From Octopus sinensis (taxonomy: Eukaryota): a DNA stretch of 30,117 bases. The stretch covers positions 1 through 30,117 of the forward strand of contig NW_021832701.1 in assembly GCF_006345805.1 (NCBI RefSeq), read 5' to 3'. A program made the translations under genes and the position numbers. This document shows, in pieces, positions 29,899 through 30,117 of this stretch (position 1 is the stretch's first letter; each line of letters begins with the position of its first letter). The notes under the pieces are model-generated. The model had not been told where the DNA came from. It did no database searches and was given only the letters and a program-made list of their open reading frames with translations.

Positions 29899-29990
29899 AT
29901 ATATATATAATATAAATAATATATAAATATATGCATATATAATACATACATGTACATAACTACATATATATATGTATATATACATGCATA
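29788..29990. repeat. (TA)n microsatellite
   Basis: Seen directly in the sequence. Confidence 0.95.
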
Positions 29991-30117
29991 TATGGGTATA
30001 GGGCATCAAAAAAAAAAATGTTGAACACAATGAGAAACAAAAAATAGAAAACGAACTCTTTTTCGAAGAGTGCAAAAAGAGAAACGAGACATGCAACAAA
30101 AGAATATTCACTTCATC

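Noticed and set aside
5296-30111. Dozens of 60-170 aa ORFs rich in YI, HT, CV, poly-Y, poly-I, poly-M or poly-S
   Set aside because: They are translations of (TA)n, (CA)n, (TATG)n, (TTA)n and (CAT)n microsatellites and are not genes.

Overview
AT-rich, repeat-saturated animal genomic DNA, most likely a coleoid cephalopod (Octopus-type). That assignment is an inference from the SINE families and microsatellite density; no search was run. One host gene is supported: the last three coding exons of a plus-strand EXPERA-domain (EBP/TMEM97 superfamily) membrane protein at 3760-3829, 5367-5412 and 8139-8402. They have canonical splice sites and matching phases; the 5' exons were not found. The rest is about 20 tRNA-derived SINE copies (my labels SINE-A, bipartite SINE-BC, SINE-D), Tc2/pogo-type and hAT-type MITEs, decayed retrotransposon coding remnants (Penelope-like, CR1/L2-like, R4/Dong-like) and many microsatellites. 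Most ORFs in the supplied track are translations of microsatellites. The most notable result is a set of short non-coding modules embedded in (TA)n tracts that carry hammerhead ribozyme (HHR) motifs. Two identical, intact minimal type I HHRs face outward in a 308-bp palindrome (18066-18373). A different intact type I HHR lies at 18744-18804, and three degenerate HHR-like modules lie at about 14.9, 28.0 and 29.7 kb. They co-occur with Penelope-like RT remnants, which suggests a Penelope-mobilised, retrozyme-like system. Self-cleavage and mobility are untested.
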